A DNA stretch of 64,000 nt from Clostridia bacterium (GCA_017531765.1 JAFXKJ010000019.1:18660-82659); one strand, 5' to 3'; positions 45,196-54,415 are shown, numbered from the stretch's first letter. The notes: generated by a model not told the origin, from the letters alone. Made by a program: numbers and translations.

Positions 45196-47616
45196 ATGAT
45201 TTTATCAATGAAGTGGCTGTCCGATTTCACCGATATGTCGGACGTTTCCATAAAAGAATACTGTGACAAGCTCACTCTCACAGGCTCCAAGGTTGAGGGC
45301 TATGAGACACTCGGTGAGGATATTTCAGGCGTTGTTGTAGGCCGCATCCTCAGCGTTACCCCCCACTCCAACTCCGACCATCTCGTTATCTGCTCCGTTG
45401 ACGTAGGCAGAGAAGCACCTCTCCAGATCGTAACAGGTGCATCAAATGTGTTTGAAGGCGCTGTCGTTCCCGTTGCAACCGACGGCTCACATCTCCCCGG
45501 CGGTATCAAGATAAAGAAGGGTAAGCTTCGCGGCGAGGTCTCCGAGGGTATGCTTTGCTCCATTGGAGAGCTTAATCTTACAACTCACGATATGCCCGGC
45601 GCTGTTGAGGACGGTATCCTTATTCTTAACCACGTAGGTCTCGGTGACACTCCCGTAGGCACGGATATTCACGATGCTCTTGAGCTTTCTGACACAGCGG
45701 TTGAGTTCGAGATCACCTCCAACCGTCCCGATTGCCTTTCCATGATCGGTCTTGCAAGAGAGAGCGCCGTTTCCTTCGGCAAGGAGATGAAGCTCCCTAA
45801 GCTCTCCTTCGGCGAGGATGCAGGTGACGGCGATGACATCGCAAACTACATCGGCGTAGAGGTAGCCAACACCGAAAAGTGCTTCCGCTACTCCGCAAAG
45901 GTTGTAAAGAACGTAAAGATCGCGCCCTCTCCCCTCTGGCTCAGAATGAGACTCCGCGCGGCAGGCGTTCGCCCCATCAACAACATCGTTGATATTACAA
46001 ACTATGTAATGCTTGAGTACGGTCAGCCCATGCACGCCTTCGACTACAAGTGCCTCGACGGTAAGAAGATCGTTGTTAGAAGTGCTGCCGAGGGTGAAGA
46101 ATACGTAACTCTTGACAACATCAAGCATAATCTTAACGGTGATATGCTGGTTATCGCCGACGAGAAGAAGCCCGTTGCCCTTGCAGGCGTTATGGGCGGC
46201 GCCAACAGCGGTATCGCAGACGACACTGTAACCGTTGTATTTGAGTCCGCAATGTTCCATCCCGGCAGTGTTCGCCGCACAGCGAAGGCACTCGGCATGA
46301 GAACCGAGTCTTCCTCCCGTTTTGAGAAGGGACTTGACTCCGAGAACACCATCCCCGCACTTATGCGCGCTTGTGAGCTTGTACGTCTTCTCGGCGCAGG
46401 TGATGTGGTCGACGGCCTTATCGACGTTTATCCCGAAAAGAAGGCTCCCGTAGTGCTTCCCCTTGAAGCAGACAAGATCAACGCTTTCCTCGGTACGGCT
46501 ATCCCGCAGGAGAAGATGGAAGAAATTCTCGCATCTCTCGGATTTACAGTCAACGCAGACGGTACCGTTACCTCTCCCACATGGAGAATCGATATCGAAA
46601 GCATGAACGACCTTGCCGAAGAGGTTATCCGTATCTACGGCTACAACGATATTGAGTCCACCGTTGACAGCGTGTTCGGCACAGGTATGAGAACTCCCGC
46701 CCAGGCGTTTGATGTAAAGGTGCGCGATATGCTTCTCGGTATGGGTATCGACGAGGTACAGACATTCTCCTTCATCAGCCCCAAGTTCTACGATAAGATC
46801 AGAATGGCGAAGGATGACGTCCGCCGTAATTCCGTTGTTATCACAAATCCTCTCGGAGAAGACACCTCCGTTATGAGAACCACCGTTGTTCCCTCCATGA
46901 TGAACGTTCTCTCCGCTAATGCTTCCGTTAAGAACCGCGACGTTTATCTCTTTGAGGCAGGAAACGTTTACCTCCCCTCTGAGGTGGCAGGTCAGCTTCC
47001 CGACGAGAGAAAGAAGATTACTGTAGGCTTCTACAAGAACGGCGCCAAGGGTGCTGATGGCTTCTACGAGCTCAAGGGTATCGTAGATGCTATCATCGAC
47101 ATTGCCGCTATCGCTGATACAAAGTATATCTCCTGCTCCGATGAGAACGCTTTCCATCCCGGAAGATGCGCAAAGGTGCTTGTAAACGGCCGCGAGCTTG
47201 GTGTTCTCGGTCAGATCCATCCTCTCGTTGCCGAGGAATATAACATCGCAGAGCAGGTTTACGTTTGTGAGCTTGATTTTGCCACTCTCTTTGAGGAAAG
47301 ACGCCTTATGATGGATTATAAGCCCGTTCCCAAGTTCCCCGCAGTTGAGAGAGACTTCTCCTTCGTTTGTGAGGAAGCACTTGAGGTTGGCACCATCGCT
47401 GAGGTAATTAAGAACGCAGGCGGAAAGCTCCTTGAGTCCGTTGAGCTCTTCGATATCTACCGCGGTGCTCAGATTGGCGAAAATATGAAGAGTGTATCCT
47501 TTGCCGTAATGCTCCGTGACAGAGAGAAGACCCTTACTGTCGAGGAAGCTGACAAGGTTGCTGCAAAGATCCTCAAGGCTCTTGAAGAAAAGCTGGGTAT
47601 TACTCTCAGAGCGTAA
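45196..47616 (+). CDS. pheT: phenylalanine--tRNA ligase beta subunit
   Basis: MKWLSDF start block, tRNA-binding domain, B3/4 and B5 domains, C-terminal FDIYRG anticodon-binding-like domain. The start may be ATG 45208. Confidence 0.97.
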   Translation: MILSMKWLSDFTDMSDVSIKEYCDKLTLTGSKVEGYETLGEDISGVVVGRILSVTPHSNSDHLVICSVDVGREAPLQIVTGASNVFEGAVVPVATDGSHLPGGIKIKKGKLRGEVSEGMLCSIGELNLTTHDMPGAVEDGILILNHVGLGDTPVGTDIHDALELSDTAVEFEITSNRPDCLSMIGLARESAVSFGKEMKLPKLSFGEDAGDGDDIANYIGVEVANTEKCFRYSAKVVKNVKIAPSPLWLRMRLRAAGVRPINNIVDITNYVMLEYGQPMHAFDYKCLDGKKIVVRSAAEGEEYVTLDNIKHNLNGDMLVIADEKKPVALAGVMGGANSGIADDTVTVVFESAMFHPGSVRRTAKALGMRTESSSRFEKGLDSENTIPALMRACELVRLLGAGDVVDGLIDVYPEKKAPVVLPLEADKINAFLGTAIPQEKMEEILASLGFTVNADGTVTSPTWRIDIESMNDLAEEVIRIYGYNDIESTVDSVFGTGMRTPAQAFDVKVRDMLLGMGIDEVQTFSFISPKFYDKIRMAKDDVRRNSVVITNPLGEDTSVMRTTVVPSMMNVLSANASVKNRDVYLFEAGNVYLPSEVAGQLPDERKKITVGFYKNGAKGADGFYELKGIVDAIIDIAAIADTKYISCSDENAFHPGRCAKVLVNGRELGVLGQIHPLVAEEYNIAEQVYVCELDFATLFEERRLMMDYKPVPKFPAVERDFSFVCEEALEVGTIAEVIKNAGGKLLESVELFDIYRGAQIGENMKSVSFAVMLRDREKTLTVEEADKVAAKILKALEEKLGITLRA

Positions 47617-47632
47617 ACGGAAGGGAATAGCT

Positions 47633-48196
47633 ATGAGCAAAAAATCATATAAGATGACAATAGCGGGACTTGAGCGTGAGCTTATGCTCTGTCCCCTTAA
47701 CGAAAACCTTTCAATTGCGGGATTTATCATGTTCGGTGATACAGAGCTTACAACAGCTTGTGCTGAGGCGCTCCTGAAGAAGGCTCCCGAATACGATTAC
47801 ATTCTCACAGCAGAGGCAAAGGGTATTCCCCTTGCTCACGAAATGTCCCGTCTTGACGGAAACCGCAGATATTGTCTCGCCCGTAAGAAGGCGAAGCTCT
47901 ACATGACCGACCCCGTTGAAGTGAGCGTTCGAAGCATCACTACAGAGGGTGAGCAGAAGCTTATTCTCGACGGCGCGGATGCTGCCATCATGAAGGGCGC
48001 GAGAATACTTATTGTTGATGACGTTATCTCCACAGGCGAGAGCTTGGCGGCGCTTGAAAGCCTTGCGAAAGCAGTAGGCGGCAACGTTGTAGGTAAGCTT
48101 ACCGTGCTTGCCGAGGGTGATGCCGCAAAGAGGGATGATATCATCTACCTTGAAGTGCTTCCTCTCTTCACTCCCGAAGGTGACGCGATTCTATAA
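47633..48196 (+). CDS. type I phosphoribosyltransferase (adenine PRTase-like)
   Basis: PRPP-binding loop ILIVDDVISTGESL. ATG at 47633 follows the pheT stop; the track extension overlaps pheT. Confidence 0.75.
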   Translation: MSKKSYKMTIAGLERELMLCPLNENLSIAGFIMFGDTELTTACAEALLKKAPEYDYILTAEAKGIPLAHEMSRLDGNRRYCLARKKAKLYMTDPVEVSVRSITTEGEQKLILDGADAAIMKGARILIVDDVISTGESLAALESLAKAVGGNVVGKLTVLAEGDAAKRDDIIYLEVLPLFTPEGDAIL

Positions 48197-48270
48197 TTGA
48201 AATTGACAAATTCAGCAGGCACTGACAGCATTTTGTGTATCAGTGCCTGCAACGTGGAACGGAGTTATTG

Positions 48271-48864
48271 ATGAATATAGATCTTTCGTTTTTTGTATTC
48301 AGTATAGGACTCGGATTTAGTCTCGCTATGGATGCTTTCTCCGTATCTCTTGCCAACGGTCTTAACGAGAAGTGCATGAAGAAACCTAAAATGCTTGGTA
48401 TTGCGGGAATTTTTGCTCTTTTTCAGTTTTTGATGCCCATGATCGGCTGGGTATGTGTACATACTTTAGTCGGATATTTTGAGATTTTTGAAAAGTGCAT
48501 TCCCTACATCGCTCTTATCTTACTTGCGTTTATCGGCGGAAAAATGCTCATAGAAGGAATAAAGAACAAGGGTGAATGTGAGGAGAAAATGTGTGCGGCG
48601 TGTCTCGGCGCGTTGCTTGTTCAGGGAGTTGCAACGTCCATCGATGCCCTTTCCGTAGGCTTTACGATTTCTGAATATAATCTTGCGGAGGCGCTTCTTT
48701 CCTGCATTACCATCGGTGCGGTAACATTCTTTATCTGCCTCGGCGGTCTCGCCATCGGCAAAAAAGCGGGTACTCATCTTGCAGGGAAAGCGGGTATCCT
48801 CGGCGGTGTGATTCTCATTGTCATCGGACTTTCCATTTTTATCAAAGGAATTTTAGTCATCTAA
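48271..48864 (+). CDS. mntP: manganese efflux pump MntP
   Basis: Twin SLAMDAFSVSLANG / SIDALSVGF motifs and six TM segments. Confidence 0.85.
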   Translation: MNIDLSFFVFSIGLGFSLAMDAFSVSLANGLNEKCMKKPKMLGIAGIFALFQFLMPMIGWVCVHTLVGYFEIFEKCIPYIALILLAFIGGKMLIEGIKNKGECEEKMCAACLGALLVQGVATSIDALSVGFTISEYNLAEALLSCITIGAVTFFICLGGLAIGKKAGTHLAGKAGILGGVILIVIGLSIFIKGILVI

Positions 48865-48875
48865 GTAATAAAAGA

Positions 48876-48913
48876 AAAAGCTTTGTGTTTTCGTGAAAAC
48901 GCAAAGCTTTTTG
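48876..48913 (+). terminator. intrinsic terminator after mntP
   Basis: 16-bp stem (one G-U) aaaagctttgtgtttt/aaaacgcaaagctttt ending in a T-run. Confidence 0.8.
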
Positions 48914-48953
48914 TGACTTGGTCACAGAAATTAGGTTAAAAATAGGGTATAAT
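48912..48953 (+). promoter_or_regulatory. trxA promoter with upstream Crp/Fnr-like palindrome
   Basis: TGTGAC-ttg-GTCACA at 48912-48926, TATAAT at 48948-48953, no good -35. The palindrome centre is about 41 nt upstream of the predicted start site. Confidence 0.5.
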
Positions 48954-48998
48954 AAAGACGTAAAAAGAAATAAATCAACCAAAGAAAGGATAAATTCT

Positions 48999-49307
48999 AT
49001 GTCAACACTTAAGATCACATCAGAAAACTTCGAATCCGTAAAGAACGAAAATAAACCCACTCTCCTTGATTTTTACGCAGATTGGTGCGGACCATGCCGT
49101 ATGGTAGCTCCCATTCTCGAGGAAATTGCCGACGAGCATCCCGAATACGTGATCGGTAAGATCAACGTAGATAACGAGCCCGCTCTTGCACAGGCTTTCG
49201 GCGTAATGAGTATCCCCACTCTCGTAGTGCTGAAGGACGGTAAAATTGCAAATCAGTCCACAGGTGCGCGTCCCAAGGCACAGATCCTTGCAATGTTAAA
49301 GGGCTAA
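48999..49307 (+). CDS. trxA: thioredoxin
   Basis: WCGPC active site; 103 aa from ATG 48999 with aaggа-type RBS (aaagaaagga). Confidence 0.93.
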   Translation: MSTLKITSENFESVKNENKPTLLDFYADWCGPCRMVAPILEEIADEHPEYVIGKINVDNEPALAQAFGVMSIPTLVVLKDGKIANQSTGARPKAQILAMLKG

Positions 49308-49970
49308 GGCGCGAAGACGCTTCTTGTCGGTGATTCGTACACCCTTGCGGGAAGAGTTCACAATACCCTCTGAACTAAAATATTTAAGCATTCTTGATAC
49401 CACCTCACGGGCAGATCCCATGTATTTGGCGATCTGCTCGTGTGTTAATTCTATAACATCACTGCCCGTGCGTGAGGACTCGTCAAGGAGAAAAATGGCA
49501 AGCCGACGGTCCATACTCATAAAGAGAATCTGCTGAAGGACCCACATTACGTCGGAAAATCTGCTGAGCGCGGTTTCGAGATTAAATATCTTGATATTTG
49601 AGTTGCTTTCGGACACCTTGGAATATGCCCAGCCGCTGATCACGTAGCACTCACTGTTTTCCTCCGCATCAACGTGAACGTCAAAGGTGATGCTCTGCAG
49701 AACGCAGGAAGCAGAAAGCATACAAAGGTTCCCGCTATGCAGACGGTACAGAGTAATTTCTTTTCCTTCTTCGGACAGTATGTAAACCCTGAGACAACCG
49801 CTTCTAATAAATATTACACCTAAGCATTCCTCACCGTCGTGTACGGTTGCTCCTTTTTGGTATGTAAGAGCCTTGGAATTATCACAAATGAACTGCCTTT
49901 CTTCATCAGTGATCCCGTCCCAAAAGGGGAAAAGCTCTCTGAAAGCTTCGCTGAACATTGAAACACCCAT
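49296..49970 (-). CDS. Crp/Fnr family transcriptional regulator
   Basis: cNMP-binding-like beta-roll N-domain and C-terminal HTH (THEQIAKYMGSAREVVSRMLK). GGGAGGA RBS before ATG 49970. Confidence 0.85.
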   Translation of the reverse strand: MGVSMFSEAFRELFPFWDGITDEERQFICDNSKALTYQKGATVHDGEECLGVIFIRSGCLRVYILSEEGKEITLYRLHSGNLCMLSASCVLQSITFDVHVDAEENSECYVISGWAYSKVSESNSNIKIFNLETALSRFSDVMWVLQQILFMSMDRRLAIFLLDESSRTGSDVIELTHEQIAKYMGSAREVVSRMLKYFSSEGIVNSSRKGVRITDKKRLRALAL

Positions 49971-50024
49971 AAAATCCTCCCGAACTCCGTGTAGTTTGTA
50001 AAATCGGCTTTTACACTAAACTTC

Positions 50025-50053
50025 TTGACACAGTATAAAAATTGTGGTATCAT
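50025..50053 (+). promoter_or_regulatory. sigma-A promoter of the sulfite-reductase-like operon
   Basis: TTGACA, 17-nt spacer, TATCAT. Upstream inverted repeat tgtaaaa-tcggc-ttttaca at 49997-50015. Confidence 0.55.
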
Positions 50054-50157
50054 AAATGTGTTGATGTTACTGAAGATTATAGCATTTTTTTCATCCGTTT
50101 TCAATAGTGACAGCAGTTATCAATAAAATTTTGGAAACCTCGAAAGTGAGATTAACC

Positions 50158-51087
50158 ATGGATAATAAAACAGTATTTGAAACACTTGGAATGACCGAAA
50201 AGGTCGGTGAGCTTACGGCTGAACAGATAACAAAGGTCAAAGGACTCGGTTGTCTCAGAGATAAGAGATACCCCGACGTGTTCAACATCCGTGTCATCAC
50301 GAGAAACGGTAAGATCACGACTGATGAAGTAAAGTCCATAGCGGAAGCCGCTGAGCGCTACGGCTCCGGCGAGGTTGCAATGACAAGCCGCCTTACTATT
50401 GAGATCCAGGGTGTTCCCTACGGTAATATCCCTCATCTCGTTCTGTTCCTCAAGGAAAGAGGACTTGAGACGGGCGGTACGGGAGCGAAGGTCAGACCCG
50501 TCGTGTCCTGTAAGGGAACCACCTGCGTGTTCGGTCTTATCGATACATATTCACTCAGCCTGAAGATCCACGAAAACTTTTACGTTAAGTGCCACGACGT
50601 GGCGCTCCCTCACAAATTCAAGATAGCTGTGGGCGGATGTCCCAATAACTGTGTAAAGCCCGATCTTAACGACGTGGGTGTTATCGGTCAGAGAGTTGTG
50701 AAGCCGAAGTACGAGCTTTGCCGCGGATGCAAGAAGTGCGTGATCGAGACGGGCTGTCCCATGAAGGCGGCAAGGGTGGTTGACGGTAAGATCACCTTCG
50801 ACGAAGCACTTTGCAATAACTGCGGAAGATGCTTTGCAAAATGTCCCTTCGGTGTTATGAATGAAGCAGAATCCGGCTATAAGATATGTATCGGCGGACG
50901 CTGGGGCAAGAAGGGCGAGAGAGGCCGTGCTCTTGAGGCTGTGTTCACATCCGAAGAGGCAGTACTTGAGGCGATCGAAAAAGCAATGAATCTCTTCCGC
51001 GACGAGGGTGTCAAGGGGGAAAGATTTGCTGAGACCATTGAAAGACTCGGATTTGACTATGTTCAAAGTAAGATTATTGAAAAGTAA
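50158..51087 (+). CDS. small sulfite/nitrite reductase-like protein with 2x[4Fe-4S] ferredoxin insert (AsrC/small-aSir-like)
   Basis: Siroheme-[4Fe-4S] Cys motifs SCKGTTC ... GGCPNNC. Ferredoxin motifs CRGCKKCVIETGCP and CNNCGRCFAKCP. Confidence 0.7.
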   Translation: MDNKTVFETLGMTEKVGELTAEQITKVKGLGCLRDKRYPDVFNIRVITRNGKITTDEVKSIAEAAERYGSGEVAMTSRLTIEIQGVPYGNIPHLVLFLKERGLETGGTGAKVRPVVSCKGTTCVFGLIDTYSLSLKIHENFYVKCHDVALPHKFKIAVGGCPNNCVKPDLNDVGVIGQRVVKPKYELCRGCKKCVIETGCPMKAARVVDGKITFDEALCNNCGRCFAKCPFGVMNEAESGYKICIGGRWGKKGERGRALEAVFTSEEAVLEAIEKAMNLFRDEGVKGERFAETIERLGFDYVQSKIIEK

Positions 51088-52024
51088 TGCGTTAATTCTT
51101 GTTTTTTCTCTGATATTTTCTGCTTTTTCTCTTATTTCCTGCGGTGACGGTGAAAAAGCCGCCCACTCCGAAACCTCCGTTACCTTCACCGATGCCATGG
51201 GCAGGGAAATAACGGTAGAACGTAATCCCGAGAGGGTCGCGGCGCTTATAGGAAGCTTTGCCGATGTGTGGATGCTTGCGGGCGGTAAGCTGTGTGCATC
51301 TGCAGATGATGCGTGGGATGATTTCGGACTTGATATGGGGGATGCCGTGAATATAGGGGCGACAAAATCCCCGAACACGGAGCTGCTATTGGCTTCAGAC
51401 CCCGATTTTGTTCTGGCAAGCGCATCCACCGCCGCCAACGTGGAAATGAAGGGACTTTTGGAGTCCGCGGGCATCACCGTAGCGTATTTTGACGTTGACA
51501 GCTTTGAGGATTATCTTGAAATGCTGAAGATATGTACGGATATTACGGGAAGAGGTGACCTTTATGAGAAAAACGGCACCAAAGTAAAAGAGAAAATCGA
51601 TAGCTTGATGACTGATTTTGATATGGAAAAGCTGCCGGAGGGAGAGAGGAGCGTTTTGTTTCTCAGAGCTTCGGCAGGCTATATCCGCGCAAAAAACAAC
51701 AGCGGGACCGTGCTTGGTGAAATGCTGTCCGACCTCGGTGCGGTGAACATAGCCGACAGCGAGGAAAGCCTCCTTGAAAATCTTAGTATTGAGAAGATCA
51801 TCGAGCTTGATCCCCATAAAATATTTATCGTTCAGGTAGGGGACGACTCCGATGCGGTCAAGGATAACGTTGGGCGCATGATGGATGAAAACCCCGCGTG
51901 GAAGAGCCTTTCGGCAGTAAAAGAGGGTAGAGTCTATTACCTTGATAAAAATCTTTTTAATCTGAAACCCAACGCAAGATGGAGCGAAGCTTATGAGAAA
52001 CTTTGCAGTATCTTTACGAAATAA
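51059..52024 (+). CDS. ABC transporter substrate-binding lipoprotein (BtuF/FhuD-type, class III)
   Basis: Lipobox LISCG after a signal peptide, and a PERVAAL...ADVWMLAGG pattern typical of iron-complex/cobalamin binding proteins. Confidence 0.8.
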   Translation: MFKVRLLKSNALILVFSLIFSAFSLISCGDGEKAAHSETSVTFTDAMGREITVERNPERVAALIGSFADVWMLAGGKLCASADDAWDDFGLDMGDAVNIGATKSPNTELLLASDPDFVLASASTAANVEMKGLLESAGITVAYFDVDSFEDYLEMLKICTDITGRGDLYEKNGTKVKEKIDSLMTDFDMEKLPEGERSVLFLRASAGYIRAKNNSGTVLGEMLSDLGAVNIADSEESLLENLSIEKIIELDPHKIFIVQVGDDSDAVKDNVGRMMDENPAWKSLSAVKEGRVYYLDKNLFNLKPNARWSEAYEKLCSIFTK

Positions 52025-53018
52025 AAACAGAATAAAGCTTATGTATGTTGCCGCCGTTCTGCTGTTTACAGCAGCGGCGGCTCTGGGCATTTTTTGCGGA
52101 AGTGTAAAGCTGTCCTTCAGTGAAGTAATGAGCACTCTGTTCGGCGCTGACGGAGGAACTTCAGGGAGGATCGTGAGGTACGTTCGTCTTCCCAGAACCC
52201 TGGCTTCTCTTATCGCAGGTGCAGCACTTGCCGTATCCGGTGCAGTAATTCAGAGTGTATTCTCCAATCGCCTTGCGTCTCCCGGTATTATCGGTGTGAA
52301 TGCGGGGGCGGGACTGGCTGTAACCCTTTGCTGCTTTTTCGGAATATACGGTACTTGGCAGATGTCTGCCCTCGCTTTTGCGGGTGCACTTGCTTCTGCG
52401 GTTTTAGTATGTACGGGAGCTAAAAAATGGGGTGCATCCAAAGGGACGGTCATTCTTTTGGGAGTGGCAATGAACAGTGTGCTTAATGCCGCATCTGATG
52501 TTCTTATCGCATTAAAGCCTGAGCTGTCAGTGATGTCGGGAGATTTCAAAATAGGTGATTTTTCGGGAGTAACCTCACAAAAGGTGATCCCCGCCGCACT
52601 TATCTGCACAGTAGCTTTTGTTTTACTGATGCTTATGACAAATGAACTTGAACTACTGAAGCTTGGCGACGAATGTGCCGCGGGACTTGGATTGCGGGTG
52701 AATTTTTACAGATACGTTTTTCTGACCTTAGCGGCTGTTCTTGCAGGATGTGCCGTAAGTCTTGCGGGGCTGTTGTCATTCGTGGGACTTGTGGTTCCCA
52801 ATGCGGTGAGAGGGCTTGGAGTCACGAAAAGCACTCACGTTATACCGCTTTGTGCACTTTTCGGCGGCGGATTTGTAACGCTGTCAGATACTGCGGCAAG
52901 ATGCCTTTTCGCTCCCTATGAAATACCCGTGGGTATAATAATGGCTTTTGTGGGCGCACCCATATTTGTGTATATTTTAGTCAGACGAAAAGGTGGTGTG
53001 AGTTATGATAGAGCTTAA
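51993..53018 (+). CDS. FecCD/BtuC-family ABC permease
   Basis: RLPR, GIIGVNAGAGLAV and the C-terminal P.GIIMAFVGAPIF motifs. The start is uncertain (51993 or 52041). Confidence 0.85.
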   Translation: MRNFAVSLRNKNRIKLMYVAAVLLFTAAAALGIFCGSVKLSFSEVMSTLFGADGGTSGRIVRYVRLPRTLASLIAGAALAVSGAVIQSVFSNRLASPGIIGVNAGAGLAVTLCCFFGIYGTWQMSALAFAGALASAVLVCTGAKKWGASKGTVILLGVAMNSVLNAASDVLIALKPELSVMSGDFKIGDFSGVTSQKVIPAALICTVAFVLLMLMTNELELLKLGDECAAGLGLRVNFYRYVFLTLAAVLAGCAVSLAGLLSFVGLVVPNAVRGLGVTKSTHVIPLCALFGGGFVTLSDTAARCLFAPYEIPVGIIMAFVGAPIFVYILVRRKGGVSYDRA

Positions 53019-53775
53019 AGACGTTTTTGCGGGTTACGGTAAAAAAGAAGTTGTGGGTGGACTGTCTCTCACCGCTGAAAGCAACTGTCTGACGGTAATC
53101 ATAGGTCCAAACACCTGCGGAAAGAGTACGCTTCTTAAGGCGATTGCGGGAATACTGCCCATCACCTCGGGAAAAGTGACCATTGACGGAAAAACCGTCC
53201 CTGCGGGGGAAGAACGTGCGAAGCGAATATCCTATCTGCCTCAAGGGAATCTTACTCCCGAGATGACGGTTGAAGACCTTGTCCTTCAGGGGCGTTTTCC
53301 CCGCCTCAGCTTTCCTAAAAAATACGGAAAAGCAGACAGGGAAGCGGCAAGAGAAGCGCTTTGTCGAATGGGACTGGAGGATTTGGCTGAAAGCTATATG
53401 TCAACACTTTCGGGGGGGATGAAACAGAGGGCATTTGTTGCCATGACAATTGCCACGGGGGCAGATCATCTCCTCCTTGACGAGCCCACGTCTTTCCTTG
53501 ATGCGGCGGGAAAGACTCAGCTTATGAAGCTTCTTCGCAGTCTTGCTGAGGGCGGGCAGTCCGTTGTCTGTGTGATACATGAAGTTGACCTTGCCATGAA
53601 ATACGCTCATAAGATCTGTGTGATGGATAAAGGCAAGGATGTGTTTTACGGGACACCTGACAGGCTTTTTTCGTCTGGGGTTATAGAAAACGTGTTCGGC
53701 ATATCCCTCGGCAGAATTGAAAGTAATGGCGGATACTGTTATTATTACAGCGATATAAAGGAAGGTGAGACGTGA
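53005..53775 (+). CDS. ABC transporter ATP-binding protein (FecE/BtuD type)
   Basis: Walker A GPNTCGKST, signature LSGGMKQR, Walker B LLLDEP. Confidence 0.9.
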   Translation: MIELKDVFAGYGKKEVVGGLSLTAESNCLTVIIGPNTCGKSTLLKAIAGILPITSGKVTIDGKTVPAGEERAKRISYLPQGNLTPEMTVEDLVLQGRFPRLSFPKKYGKADREAAREALCRMGLEDLAESYMSTLSGGMKQRAFVAMTIATGADHLLLDEPTSFLDAAGKTQLMKLLRSLAEGGQSVVCVIHEVDLAMKYAHKICVMDKGKDVFYGTPDRLFSSGVIENVFGISLGRIESNGGYCYYYSDIKEGET

Positions 53776-54347
53776 TGGCGGTGTATTTTCCCATATTTAC
53801 CGATCTCAGAGGTAAGAAGGTCATAATAGTGGGGTCAAGCCAAATTGGCGGTGATAAGGCGAAAAAACTGATGTCGTTCGGCGCTTCGGTCACTTTTTGG
53901 GACGGACCTGTCACCGATCCCGTCCAACTGATTCGAAAGGCACCTGATGCCGTGGTTGTCGTCGACGTGACACTTGTTGATACGACGCGCTTGTACGAAG
54001 AGTGTACGGCTGCACGTATACCCATAAATACGGTGGATGTACCCGAGGCGTGCAGTTTTATTTTCCCTTCAATGACTCAAAAAGGGGCTCTTACCGTGGC
54101 AATTTCAACAGGTGGAGCCTGTCCCGCGGCAGGTATGTGGGTGAAAAAAACGGTGGAGGAGATACTACCCGCGAAAACAGATGATATTATTGAATGGCTG
54201 TCGGGTATCAGAGAAAGCTTAAAGGAAAATGTTCCCTCTGAAACACGAAAACTCATCATACGTGAGTTGACCGCGGCAGCATTTGATGCAAAGTGTCCGC
54301 TTGAGGATACTCAAACTGAGAGAATAATTAACCGCTTTTATCCTTAA
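53772..54347 (+). CDS. precorrin-2 dehydrogenase / sirohydrochlorin ferrochelatase (SirC/CysG N-domain-like)
   Basis: YFPIFTDLRGKKVIIVG start typical of the siroheme synthase N-domain. The Gly-rich loop is atypical (GSSQIG). Confidence 0.75.
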   Translation: MMAVYFPIFTDLRGKKVIIVGSSQIGGDKAKKLMSFGASVTFWDGPVTDPVQLIRKAPDAVVVVDVTLVDTTRLYEECTAARIPINTVDVPEACSFIFPSMTQKGALTVAISTGGACPAAGMWVKKTVEEILPAKTDDIIEWLSGIRESLKENVPSETRKLIIRELTAAAFDAKCPLEDTQTERIINRFYP

Positions 54348-54366
54348 CTTAATCAAATCAATCTTG

Positions 54367-54415
54367 AATTCCCAAAGTAAATTCCACAGCTTTATTTACT
54401 TTGGGAATTTTCTTG
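54367..54415 (+). terminator. intrinsic terminator
   Basis: 15-bp perfect stem aattcccaaagtaaa/tttactttgggaatt followed by ttcttg. Confidence 0.75.

Noticed and set aside
45487-47730. 747-aa ORF antisense to pheT. Similar long antisense ORFs lie opposite murA (61707-62858), the paralogs (28031-28792, 29208-30242, 34958-35749), the sulfite-reductase/ABC region (50551-51477, 51395-52135) and pheS (43495-44004, 44059-44565).
   Set aside because: Each lies entirely opposite a gene with unambiguous conserved motifs. Their translations are low-complexity with no recognisable motifs and no RBS. Long stop-free antisense frames are expected from the strong codon bias of these genes.
48197-48270. Expected yybP-ykoY manganese riboswitch upstream of mntP.
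   Set aside because: Only 74 nt are available, containing one simple hairpin (gcaggcactga ... tcagtgcctgc). None of the conserved four-way-junction sequence features are visible.
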